A DNA stretch of 64,000 nucleotides. Origin: Malacoraja senta. Lineage: Eukaryota. The position numbers and the translations under genes were made by a program. The notes below the pieces were generated by a model. The model saw only the letters and a program-made list of their open reading frames with translations. It ran no database searches and was not told the origin of the DNA. Below, in pieces: positions 49,061 to 60,894 of this stretch. The stretch spans positions 6,078,001 to 6,142,000 of the forward strand of contig CM075997.1 of the NCBI GenBank assembly GCA_038087875.1, in the 5' to 3' direction. Numbering within the stretch: position 1 is the stretch's first letter; every line of letters begins with the position of its first letter.

Positions 49061-52000
49061 TATGAGAGTTTGTAGGTTAATTGGCCTCTGTAAATTGCCC
49101 CTAGTGTGTGTCGGGAGTGGATGAGAAAGTGGGATTACAGAACTAGTGTGAACTGGTGATCAATGGTCAGCATGGACTCGGTGTGCCGAAGGGCCTGTTT
49201 CAATTGATATTTCAATCAATTTTAATAAACAACTGGAAGAATTTGTGCATGATGAAACCTGCAAGGCTGGAAAATGAGTGCTGGAAAATGGTGTTGGTGT
49301 CATTAGCTTGTGTTTATCCAGCACAGGCAACATGAGCTGAGTGGCCTCCTGTGTCATAAATACCTATAATTTTATGAACATGCCAGGAGACATTTAATAC
49401 TGCTGAAATCTTGGCCCCTTGCTGTGTGCAGTGAGTTTCTCAAATTGTCTGACCTAATGTTGACCCTGATATGAGTAACTCAACACCAGTACATTTTTTT
49501 AAATGTATGCTTTTTCCTCATTCATATTTTAATTTTCTATTCACTTAATTGTCATACATTATATCTTTAAAATGGGTCATTATACACCACCCTATGGTGA
49601 AACATTTCATTGCTTTTTCCTTCTACCTAATCCAGATTTGAAGCTATTTATAATTTAATGACAAGAATCAAGTTTGCAAATGACATGAACTTTGGTGATG
49701 TTATTGAAAGTCAGGAGGGTCATGTTACGCTTCAAAATTATACTGATCAGTTAGTAACTCGGCAGGGCAACGGCAAATTCCATTTCATCATGGGAAGAAT
49801 GAGGCAATGCATTATGGAGGTAGTACGTATCAGACCTGAGGAAATATTGAGGAACAAAGGAACTTTAGTGTACATCAAAAGGTACCAGAAGATCGCAGTG
49901 CAGGTAGATAGGGTCGTGAAGAAGGCATTGGCTCCATTAGTTTGGGCATGAAATATAAGAGCAGCAGGACTTCATACTATTTTATAATAAAAGAAGCATA
50001 GTGCTGGAGTAACTCAGGCAGCATCCCTGGAGAGCATGGATAGCTGATATTTTGGGCCTTCTTCAGGCTCCTGTTCTCTAGGCATGCTGCCTCACCTGTT
50101 GAGTTATTGCAGCATTATGTGTCATTTTGTGTAAACCAACATCTGCAGTTCCTTGTTTCTACAACTTTATAATACTTTAGTTAAGCCACATAGTTTGTGT
50201 AGCTCTGGTCACCAAACTATAGGAAGAATATACTGGAGAAGGTGCAGAGGAGATTCACCAAGTTGTTGCCTGGGACAGAAAGTCTCAGTGTTCCCAGTAG
50301 AGGAGACTCCGGATAGGCCAAGTTTGTTTCCTTGGAGAACGTTAATTTTATAATGGCATAGGTTTAAAGTGAGGAGGACCTTGTAACAAACTGCTTCTGC
50401 ACTTCATGATTCTTGAGGTACAAAACAATTTTCTGGTCATATTCCTGCTCCTTCCATCGATGGGAATGCTAAAAGTTAGCTGAGGCATTAAAAAAAAGGC
50501 TCAGTTAACAAGTTAAAAGGTGGTAATGTACATGCATTTAAGAGCCACACAGATCAGAAACAGGCACTTTGACCCACATGTCCAGCCGACATTATACCCG
50601 TCAATACTCGTCTCATTCACCTGCATTTGGTCCATAGGCGTATATGCCTCGGTGTATCAATTGCTCCTCCTGATGCTCCTTAAAAGTTGAAAATACCTAC
50701 TTCTCGTGCCTTTTAAGATTGAAAACATTATTTGGGTGAAAACCTTTCTTCCTCAAATTCCCTCAAAATTTATTTTTCCTTATTTTAAACCTATACCACT
50801 ATGCAGAAGGGTCTCGGCCCGAAACATCACCCATTCCTTCTCTCCAGAGATGCTGCCTGTCATGCTGAGTTACTCCAGCTTTTCGTGTCTATCTTTGGTT
50901 TAAACCAGCATCTGCAGTTCCTTCTGACACATGAAACATTTATTACTAACTGCCTTATCTATGTCTCTCCTAGTTCTGAATGACTCCGTCAGGGTCCCCT
51001 CAAACACCAGTGCCGCAAGCAAAACTAACGTAGCCTATACGGTATCTTCTCTCCAGCAAACACTGAGCTTTCTATCCCAAGCAACATCTTGTTCTTTTTG
51101 TAAGGAATACATTGTGCATTACTTGCAGTAGAATGGGTCTTGCACAGCTAAACTTCCAAAAAGTCCTCGACTTTACGTTCCGGTATTGTGCTTTGTGGAG
51201 AATGGGGATTGGAGCTTGGATTAAAGGTGAAGAGCATTTCTGGAGTAGTAATCATTGAGAGGAGGGTGCAGACTGTTGTGCAGTGGACGGAGATTTGACT
51301 GTGTACTTAATTAAATTTCAGATATGGAGATTGGTGGGGGTTAAACTTTGGAGACCTGTTTTGTTAAAAGGTGCGTGGTTTCAGTTGGGTGGAGACTTAT
51401 TTTGTGCAACATTCAGGGTGGTGTATTTAGACAAGGAGCTGACTGAGGGAGGGGTCCAATCAAAGAGAGTTCAAAGAGGGATTGTTTGGGAAGATGATCA
51501 AAGGTGTTGGCAGGATCATATATGGAGCATGTCGGGGTGCAGTGATCTGTCAGAGACAGTTAGAATCGGTGGGGGCTGTAGTCAGTTGGGGAGGTGATCA
51601 AGGGAATAATGGAGAAATGATTGGGCATGTTAGTGGGATAATCAGTTGGGGTGAAGTTCAAGAGTGAGGTGTTTAGTCAGAGGATCAATTCAGAGGAGCA
51701 TGGGGGGGGGGGTGGGGGTGGTGGGTGGTGGGTAGGAAGGGGAGGGATGATGATTAGTGAGATGGCATTGATGTGATTAGTCACACAAAATTGACCTGGA
51801 AGAGAGGAATGCCTTGGACATCAGCAATAACAGATAAGGTCAGTCCTGCAATTAATGCCAAAGTAAGTCATAGACCAGCTTTTTTCAACCAAAACCTGCT
51901 CTGCTCACATGCCTTAAAATGTATAATTTTGTGCTTTTGTGAAGTTTTATACAACATAACTGTTCTTATTCAGCAGCCAACAAATGTATGTGCTTTGTAT

Positions 52001-52183
52001 ACACAAAGACCCTAATAACAATCCCCAAAACAAACTACCATCTCATGGTATTCCGTTGCAATACACACAAACATGTGTTGTGATAGAATTTCTTGGGCAG
52101 GACTATACATCATTGTATTTAAATGTTGCATACAATATTATTGACCGAGTTGATTGGATAACATTTTTTTTTTCTTTTGACAG

Positions 52184-52504
52184 TTTTGGGTTTGCCAAAC
52201 AGTGTTGAGGAAATGTCTCCAGACATTCCTGATCTGGATCAACTTATGAAAGAAATTAATGATCTCGCAGAGTCTGGTGCTCGATATACGGAGATGCCAC
52301 ATGTTATTGAAATCACACTTCCTATGTTGTGTAACTATCTGCCACGATGGTGGGAACAGGGACCTGAAAATATTGCCGATGAAAACGAAATACACTGTAC
52401 AAGCATCACCTCTGAACACCTCAATGCCATGCTGGGAAATATTCTGAAGATTATAGTTAATAATTTGGGTATTGATGAAGCATCTTGGATGAAAAGACTT
52501 GCAG
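52184..52504 (+). CDS. RYR1: RyR exon (about exon 66), (I)[10 protein letters not shown]...[12 protein letters not shown]
   Basis: ttgacag|TTTTG acceptor and GCAG|gtaaat donor; 321 nt; within ORF 52177..52536. Confidence 0.95.
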
Positions 52505-52575
52505 GTAAATGTCAATTAATAATAATAAGAAAGTAAGCAAGATAATAAGAAGGAAGATATCTTTTGTCTGAGTAA

Positions 52576-52922
52576 AGGGCCTGTCCCACTGTACGAGGTA
52601 ATTCAAGAGTTCTCCCGAGTTTTCCCCTGATTCGAACTCGGAGAGTGTCTGTAGCGGGTCCGTAGGAGTTCGTGGACGTCTCGTAGCGGCTCGTACGAGT
52701 AAAAAGTAACCATTTTTTTCATCACAGGTTTTTTATTACTCCTGGACATTTTTCACAGTGTTGAAAAAACGTCACGAGTTTTCCGGATTTCCCGAGTACC
52801 TACCGTTAGCATTACGAGCCGCTATGAGACATCCACGAACTCCTACGGACCCATTACGGACATTCTCCGAGTTCGAAACAGGGGAAAACTCTTGAATTAC
52901 CTCGTACAGTGGGACAGGCCCT
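52576..52922. mobile_element. PIF/Harbinger-type MITE
   Basis: TIR AGGGCCTGTCCCACTGTACGAGGTAATTCAAGAG with its complement at the right end; TAA and AAA flanks. Confidence 0.85.
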
Positions 52923-53777
52923 AAAACTACTGAGAGCCCATTATAATTTGTTAGTCCTGCTTTGTTTGCCTGAATACCTATACTAATTTTTCTCCAAATT
53001 TCAGTCAAATTACATTTTGATTATCACATTTAACTTTGTTTTTAGTGTAGTCTTAATTCATAGGATTCCTTATCATGTGCCTCATATTGTCATTCATTGA
53101 GGGGGCATCTTTTGGGTGAAGTATTAACTGGTGCACATCAGATGATATAAAATGGAGAAGAAGAGCAGGGGAATTATCTCTGTTATCCTTGCTCACATTT
53201 TGTCCCTCAGCTAACACAACTAAATAGATTATCTTGACATTATTACAATACCAATTGTGAAAGCTCATTGTGCGCGAATTCGCTGTCACATTTCCCATGT
53301 TATGACGTGCAGGCTGTAAGGATCCTGGGATGTGCTGAGATTGTGAACAATGCTTATTGTCACCACAACAGTGGGCAGATGGGCAAAATAATTACATTCC
53401 ACAAGCTGCAGTTATATATTCAATATATAATAGTTAAAGGATGAAAGGTCTCTTATAGAAAGTAATATTGCTTTCATTCAGAACCTCAGCCAGTGACTTT
53501 GGCCTTACATGTTTTGAGATACACTATTAACAAGGAACCATAGTTTTGTAACTGCTAAATGCCTATTTTCTCCCATTAAATGATGTATGATGTATACCTA
53601 ACATATATCTACCCCTGGCAACTCTACATATTTTTTCACTCTTGTTGAGAAAAATCTGAAAAATTACAGAATTTTCCAAAAAAGCTTCCAGTTTTTCACA
53701 CATTTCATTGGATTTGTAATGATGACAATGGATAGTGATAGCAGTGCTCCAGATGTTCAGTAGATGGCCCACTCTTA

Positions 53778-54083
53778 ATGGCCTGTCCCACTGTACGATC
53801 TAATTCAAGAGTTTTCCCGAGTTTCCCCCGTTTCGAACTCAGAGAATTATGGTAATAGCCGCTCGTAGGTACTCGGGGCTCTCGTGGACATTTTTCACCA
53901 TGTTGAAAAATCTTCACGAGCTTACCGCGTTTCCTGAGTACCTGCCGTTGGCGTTACGAGCCGCTAAGAGACGTCCCGAGCTCTGACGTACCCGCTACGT
54001 ACATTCTACGTACTTACCACGAGTTTTTTTTTTTTTTAACTCGGGAGAGCTTTTGGGTAAACTCGTACAGTGGGACATGCCCT
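53778..54083. mobile_element. PIF/Harbinger-type MITE related to the 52576 element
   Basis: GGCCTGTCCCACTGTACGA and TCGTACAGTGGGACATGCCCT; TTA TSD. Confidence 0.82.
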
Positions 54084-54834
54084 TTAGTCACGTGTGTGAC
54101 CAAATATATGAAAAAAAATTGCAATACACTTCTAATTCTGAAAGCATTACAGGTATATTGTTGTGTTGTGTATATATTTCATATTTTTTCAAAGTTTATC
54201 AAGTGAAATATTTATGTTATGCTGACAATGGTTGTTTAGGGTCAGAGGTCAAATATGACTGGTCACGTGTGTGTGACTTCACACGGAAGCATTTTTTCAT
54301 AACTCAGTTTTATCTTACAAACTCTTCTGAATTTTAAAAAGCTAGAATGTTCATATTTTTAGCAGACATGCATTATCGTTCTGCAGGCAGGAAAATAGCA
54401 ATGAGTAAGATTAATCTCTTACAATAATTTTTTAGTGTATTACTTTATGTGATGCCATTTGGTAACGTGTGTGACATTTTGGTTCACTATCCAAAGTATG
54501 GCCCAGGTATACATGAAATTAGATAAAGTGGAAGCTCACGTTGTCATTAAAAATATATCCAATGCAACAAGTAGTTAATTGTAATTGTTTACAATGTAAA
54601 CTCCTTTGTTTACATTTTATTTTGCGCCTCTAACAAAATATGAGTAGTCAGGGGACTCGGGGACACTTCCGGTGTCCATTGCGACAGATACAGCTAGTGC
54701 CCAACTGCATATGCTTCCAACTGCATTACATTTGTTTCCATCATGTACCGCCTTTTGTCCCTGGTTGATGATTTTGTTCCTGAATTTAAATCTGTAAAAT
54801 TTAATAAAAGGTAAATTATATATTAAAAAGGGCC

Positions 54835-55114
54835 ACAAATGCCACATGAATAAGGGATAAGCCATTTAGAACGGAGATGAGGAAACTTTCACACAGAGAG
54901 TTGTGAATCTGTGGAATTCTCTGGCGGTGGAGGCCAGTTCTCTGGATTCTTTCAAGAGAGAGTTAGATAGGGCTCTTGAAGATAGCAGAGTCAGGGGATA
55001 TGGGGAGAAGGCAGGAACGGGGTACTGATTGGGGATGATCAGCCATGATCACATTGAATGGTTTGAAGGGCCGAGTGGCCTACTCCTGCACCTATTGTCT
55101 ATTGTCTATTGTCT
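54835..55114 (+). mobile_element. CR1 3' end with (ATTGTCT)n tail
   Basis: gagttgtgaatctgtggaattct..ggcctactcctgcacctattgtct repeats. Confidence 0.8.
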
Positions 55115-55205
55115 GTTGTATATACCCAACAATCTGGAATTGTTGGTGCTTATGTTTCTTTTCAATCGAACTTAATTGTATCTAAAAAAACATTTCTCTA
55201 TCCAG

Positions 55206-55446
55206 TGTTTGCACAACCAATTATCAGCAAGGCCAAGCCTGAACTATTGAAATCCCATTTCATCCCTACCATGGAAAAGTTAAAGAAGAGATCAAAAAAA
55301 GTAGTGGCTGAGGAGGATCAATTGCGCATGGAGGGCAAGGGTGACGTCGTGGAGAGCGAATTACTAATTCGCGATGAATTTTCTGTTCTCTGTCGTGATT
55401 TGTATGCTTTGTATCCACTGCTGATTCGTTACGTAGACAATAACAG
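55206..55446 (+). CDS. RYR1: RyR exon (about exon 67), (V)[14 protein letters not shown]...[17 protein letters not shown](R)
   Basis: atccag|TGTTT acceptor and AACAG|gtaaat donor; 241 nt; RYR1-type [24 protein letters not shown]. Confidence 0.95.
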
Positions 55447-55549
55447 GTAAATGTACCATGTTTTAGAACATTTTAATCTCTTGGGCTGGGAGTGATTTAA
55501 AAAAAAAGTTATAAAAATCAAAAATATCACCCAAGTCACACATTGACAT

Positions 55550-55852
55550 GATTTAGAGATACAGCGCGGAAACAGGCCCTTCGGCCCGCCGTGTCCACGC
55601 CGACGAGCGATCCCCACACATTAACACCATCCCACACCCACTAGGGACAATTTTTACATTTTCCAAGCCAATTAACCTACAAACCTGTACGTCTTTGAAG
55701 AGTGGGAGCAAACCGAAGATCTCGGAGAAAACCCACGCAGGTCACGGGGAGAACGTACAAACTCCGTACAGACAGCACCCGTAGTCGGGATCGAACCCGG
55801 GTCTCTGGCGCTGCATTCGCTGTAAGGCAGCAACTCTACCGCTGCGCCACCA
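55550..55852 (-). mobile_element. HE1-like V-SINE
   Basis: Minus strand GGTGGCGCAGCGGTAGAG (A box), GGTTCGATCC (B box), V-domain and CR1-like tail. Confidence 0.82.
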
Positions 55853-56747
55853 TGGGATATAAGAACGCTATGAAGAGGCAAATTGTGATTTAAATATTTA
55901 ATTAGATTTCAAGCTTTGCAGTGCGTTTGATATGAAATAGTTGTGGGCCAAGATTTTTCAGGCTTGAGAAATCCAGTGGCAGAACGGTTGGATTCCAGTT
56001 AATGCCTTGAGAACTTGACTGAAGGGCAGCGGTAATTCATTGGCAGGACGACTCAAAACGTAGAATGCGTCAAGGACACTTCCGGTGCAGGAAATGTATC
56101 CATATACAGCTACAGTCCAACTGCATTAGATTCATGGAATCATACATCATGGAATCTGGCCACGTTGCCTCAACCACTCCATGCTGACTAGGATTTATAA
56201 CTGAGTTAGCACATTTGCCAGTGTTAGGTCCATAGACCTCTACACCTTTCCTGTTTATGTACCTGTCTAAATAACTTTTAAATGTCTACATTGTACCCAC
56301 CTCCACAGCTTCCTCTGATAGCTCGTTCTATATATGCATCAGCCTCTGAAGAAATTACACCTCGGGTCTCTTTTAAATCTTTCTCCTCTCACCTTAAAAC
56401 TATGCCCTCCAGTTCTGGACTTCTGTACCATAGGAAAAGGAATGTTACCATTCATGTTATCTATTCACCACTCAGCTTACTATGCTCAAAAGGTAAAACG
56501 TCCTAACCTATCCACTCACCTTTTAGCTCAAACCCTTGAGTTCTTATAACCTACTAATGAATCTTTTCTGGACCCTGTCCAACTCAATAAGATCCTTTAT
56601 ATAGCAAGCTGTCTTCTACAGCTGTAACAGGATTTACCAGCTCCTGTGCTCAATGCCTTAACAGTGAAGGCAAGGATACTAAAAGCCTCCTTTACTTTTC
56701 TGTCTACTTGTGTTGCCACTTTCAGGGATTGTGCTCCTGTACCCTAA

Positions 56748-57499
56748 AGGGCCTGTCCCACTTAGGCGACTTTTTAGGCGAGTGTAGGAGACTCTGCGCT
56801 CGCCACATGGTCGCCACATTTTCGCTGGTATTCTCTGGTGAGTCTCCTTCATGGTCGCAAGGAGTTCCCGCATTCTGGGAACTAGTCGCGGCCTCAGTAT
56901 GGTCGCCACAACATGTTGAAAAATTTTCTGCGACCAAAAATTGGGCGCCATGGAGAAAATCGATACTTTTGTAGTCGTAGGTGCAGTTGTAGTGGGGTTG
57001 CCATGTAGTTATAGGTGGTCGAGCTAGTCGTAGGTAGTTTTAGTTAATCGCCTTTGCTGACCAGGCATTTTCATTGGCTCATTGGGAGAAATAAAACATA
57101 AGAACGAGTTTTCAGAACCAAGGAGAACCGACCGGTAATGTTAAATGCCCGCCGAACTTCACAGCTGTGTATCTCCGGCTTATTAAAAGTTGTCTGGCTT
57201 CTTAAAAGTGTCTCCACTCCTTCTGCCCCCCCTTCTCCCCTCCCCCTCCCCCTCTTTTAAAGGACTTACCATACTGCCATCTTAACCTTCCTGTTCATCG
57301 CGGTGTGTGTCTGTATTATCTTGGCTTTGCACCGTGTGAATTTCAGACAGTGTTCACCCCGCTTTCCCTGGCCCCCGCCTTTGCTGTGTGTGTGCTCCAC
57401 TCTGACAGTCGTTTTAAGTTCCCGTTTTTTCAGGCGAGTGCTGCGAATTTGACAGTCGCCGGCAGTCCGCTGAAAAATCGCCTAAGTGGGACAGGCCCT
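56748..57499. mobile_element. PIF/Harbinger-type non-autonomous element
   Basis: TIR AGGGCCTGTCCCACTTAGGCGA and its complement TCGCCTAAGTGGGACAGGCCCT; TAA TSD. Confidence 0.85.
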
Positions 57500-57574
57500 T
57501 AAGGCGTCTGTTTTTCAATGTTGACATCTACCATGTAATTCTAGCCTGGTTTGACTTACAAAACTCCTTCACCT

Positions 57575-57810
57575 GACTATGGGTGCTGTCTGTGTGAAAT
57601 TTGTACATTCTTCCAGTGACAGTGTGGGTTTACTCTGGGTGCGCCGGTTTCCTTCTACATTCCAAAGACGTGCGGGTTTGTAGGTTAATTGGCTTTTGTA
57701 AATTGTCCCTAGTATGTAGGATAGAATTAGTGCATGGGTGATCGCTGGTCTGCGCTGATCCGGTAAGCCGAAGCACCTGGTTCCATGCTATATTTCTATA
57801 CTAAACTAAA
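57575..57810 (+). mobile_element. 5'-truncated HE1-like SINE
   Basis: gggtgctgtctgtgtg..tccaaagacgtgcgggtttgtaggttaattggc..(ctaaa)n. Confidence 0.7.
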
Positions 57811-58399
57811 CCTCACATTTGTCCGATTTAACTTCCATGGTTGAGCCAGATCCTTTTGTAAATTTAAATGGCTGTCCTCACTGTCTGATTTTATTATCAT
57901 CCACAATTTACGAATCACATTAACTGCATTGTCATTAATACAGATGACAAACAATAAGGTGACACTCTCAGACCCCTGCGGTATACTACTACTACACTGT
58001 ACACAGGTCTCCAATCAGAAAAACAACCACTGACCCTCTAATCTCTTGCACTAAGCCTGTTTTGAATGCTGATCCCATGTGATCTAACCTCCTGGACACC
58101 CCTTCTATTCCTTGTCAAAGGCCTTGATAAAGTCCCTGTAGACACCGTCCTCTGCTCCACCCGTGTCAATCCTCTTAGTGACCTCTTCAAAAATTCTGTC
58201 AAGTCTGTGAGATGTGATTCCCCATGCACAAAACTACGCTGACTCTCCCTAACCAGAGCCAGCCTATCCAAATAGTGGTTGATCCAATCCCTCTGAATCT
58301 CCTGTAAGTTACCTACCACTGATGTCAGACTCACCGGCCTGTAGTTCCCTATATGTCAATTTATTCACTATGTTTTTGTGTATTTCCTTATTTTCACAG

Positions 58400-58487
58400 A
58401 GCCATGTGGTTAACAGAACCAAACCCCGATGCTGAAGAGCTCTTCAGAATGGTTGGAGACATCTTCATCCTGTGGTCAAAGTCACAT
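58400..58487 (+). CDS. RYR1: RyR exon (about exon 68), [29 protein letters not shown]
   Basis: ttcacag|AGCC acceptor and CAT|gtatgt donor; 88 nt. Confidence 0.95.
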
Positions 58488-58981
58488 GTATGTTCCTCAT
58501 TTATCAACAAATGGTATAAAAAAAAAACAAGGCTCCAGGTTTTCATAGTTTCTTCATTGCTTTTGTTTTACCTTTTTATCTCCGTCCATGTAACTTAATT
58601 CTGGCATAAAAATGACAAACAAGTACTCTACCCTGTGACTCAAATCCTTGTTAATATTCTTGAGTCACTTTCAGCATCTGGCATTTCACATATTTATGGA
58701 AAATTAATTGTGATTTATCTGTGGCTACCTTTTGGCAATTTGGCAAAATTGGCTTGTCAGCAGGAAAAAGCACGTTAATACAGGATTGCTTTTGCGATTG
58801 GCTGTCTGTGACTAGTGGCGTTTCACAATGATCGGTGCTATACAACATAATTATATATCTTTATGTTTAATTATAATATCTGCTGTTTGTAATCTATAAC
58901 ATTTGTACACTGCAGGCCAGGTTTGGTCTGTTTCTGCAGTCCACAGAACAGTGCCCCAGGTGACACATTTTTGTAGAGTGC

Positions 58982-59114
58982 AGTCTGAAGAAGGGTCTCG
59001 ACCCGAAACATTACCTATTCCTTTTCTCCAGAGATGCTGCCTGTCCTGCTGAGTTCCTCCAGATTTTTGTGTCTATCTTCGGTTTAAACCAGCACCTGCA
59101 GTTCTTTCCTACAC
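58982..59114 (+). mobile_element. Penelope-derived repeat arm with a hammerhead-core motif
   Basis: CTGAAGA A GGGTC TC GACCC GAAA at 58985-59008; same arm as at 30070 and 50803. Confidence 0.65.
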
Positions 59115-59411
59115 ACTCTGACAGAACTGAAGTGCAATGATTGAATCACTAACTAGCACTCCTTTCAGACATTTGGCCTGACTCTGTGTTATCTCCCTAT
59201 GACTAACAGTAGAAAGAGAGGTCCAATATGATCTAATGGTGATAGGGAGAGAGGTGGTCTAATGGTGGTAGGGAGAGTTCATTTTTCTGATGTTGAATCC
59301 ATTCATGAGTACTGTGCTTCTTAAACTCTTGTAAATTGCTGCAATAAACGGGGTAGACACCTGTGAGTATATGCTGAGAATCCTCTGAATATTTCACTTT
59401 TTTACACTCAG

Positions 59412-59504
59412 AATTTCAAACGTGAGGAGCAGAACTTTGTGGTGCAAAATGAAATCAACAATATGTCATTTCTGACTGCAGACAGCAAAAGCAAGATGTC
59501 CAAG
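59412..59504 (+). CDS. RYR1: RyR exon (about exon 69), [31 protein letters not shown]
   Basis: actcag|AATTTC acceptor and AAG|gtaagt donor; 93 nt; conserved Ry[11 protein letters not shown] motif. Confidence 0.95.
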
Positions 59505-60894
59505 GTAAGTTGACAAATTTAATCTGTGAGATTCTTATAACCAAAGTAGGACCGCATTTAAAGAGGATCCTTAAAATTGTCATTTATTATCATAGATTCA
59601 GAATTGAGCTCAATAACGCCCATCGTTTGAGCTTTGAGAGGTTTAAGAAATGCATGGTTATAGGGAACTGAGGGGTAACTTTTCTACACAGTGGTTGGTT
59701 GGGTATATGGCTCAGGCTACAGAGGAAGTAATTGAGGTTGATACAATGAAACATTTAAAAGAGATTTGGAAGGTACATAGATAGGAAAGATTTAGAGAGA
59801 TACAGCCCAAACATTGGGCAAATGTGACTTGCTTGAATGCGGCATCTGGGTCGGCATTACCGAGTTGGGCCAAAGGGCCTGTTTCTGTGCCATGTGACTC
59901 TGATTCTAAATCCAAAAAGATTCCAGTGGCTTTGTGGTGTAATACTGCAAGCACTGTTCTGTATGGATGAAAGTTAATACTGGCAAGTCCAGGGACTCCT
60001 GGATGTTAAGGGACATAGAGCATTTGATTAATACAATAAAGGTATGGCAGGTAAAGAATACTAAAAACAGAGAGGCTCTTTCAGTATAAAGAGTGTAGTT
60101 ATTTAAGAAATTAGGATGCAAAGAGGGGTTCTGAAATATCACAGACAGATCAGATAAAAAATCCCAAGACATTATCGAGGTTCTGGTCGGGCTAAAAAAG
60201 GAGGCATATGTTAGGTAGTGGCAGCTACCTAATCAAGCAAATGGTTTGAATATAAGGGACGAAGAAGTACACTTAAGAAGGAAATCAAGAAACAAAAGGG
60301 GGACATGCGATATGCTTGGAGATTAAAGGTAATGGGGAATCTGAAGATTCTCTAAGTATATTAAGAACAAAAAGGTAATTGGGAGAGAGAATAAGTCCCT
60401 TTAAGGGTCAGTGTGGTCATTTATGTGTGGAGGGCAAGGTCTTAAATAAATACTACTTCTTTGTATTTACTGTGGAGAAGGTGATGGCAGCAAGTTAGTT
60501 CAGGAAGGAAAGCACTGATGTCCTGAAACATCAATATTATGAAAGAGGAGGTCCTATGAGGTTGTAGGAAGTGAGGAAAGAAATCAGTGGGGCCCTTGCA
60601 GAGATTCTTGTAGGTTCATTAGCCACAGGCGAAATAGCCGAAGACTGGAGGATAGATACGGTTGTTTTTTATGTAAGAATGTTCTTTTAGAGGATGGTGA
60701 AGAAGGTTGTCTAAGGTTACAAGAAGATTTAGATCTAGCGCGAAAGTGGATAAAGAAATAGTGTATGAAAGGGCCATGGCAGTATTGTAGAACAGAGAAG
60801 CTAAGGGTATAAGTACAGAGTTCCCGGAATGTGGTAACAGAAAGACAGCATGTAGACCAAAGTGTATTCATCTTCAACATAGACCTTCATAATC

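Larger units (their letters stand above)
47285..49215 (+). mobile_element. HE1-like V-SINE split by a Tc1 insertion (pieces at 47285-47443 and 49061-49215)
   Basis: Head gtggcgcagctggtagaactgctg; tail gtttgtaggttaattggc..gaagggcctgtttc resumes after the TA TSD. Confidence 0.75.

Noticed and set aside
55790..55852. tRNA-like A/B boxes (also near 30510, 43570 and 47290)
   Set aside because: These are SINE heads followed by the V-domain and a LINE-like tail, not tRNA genes.
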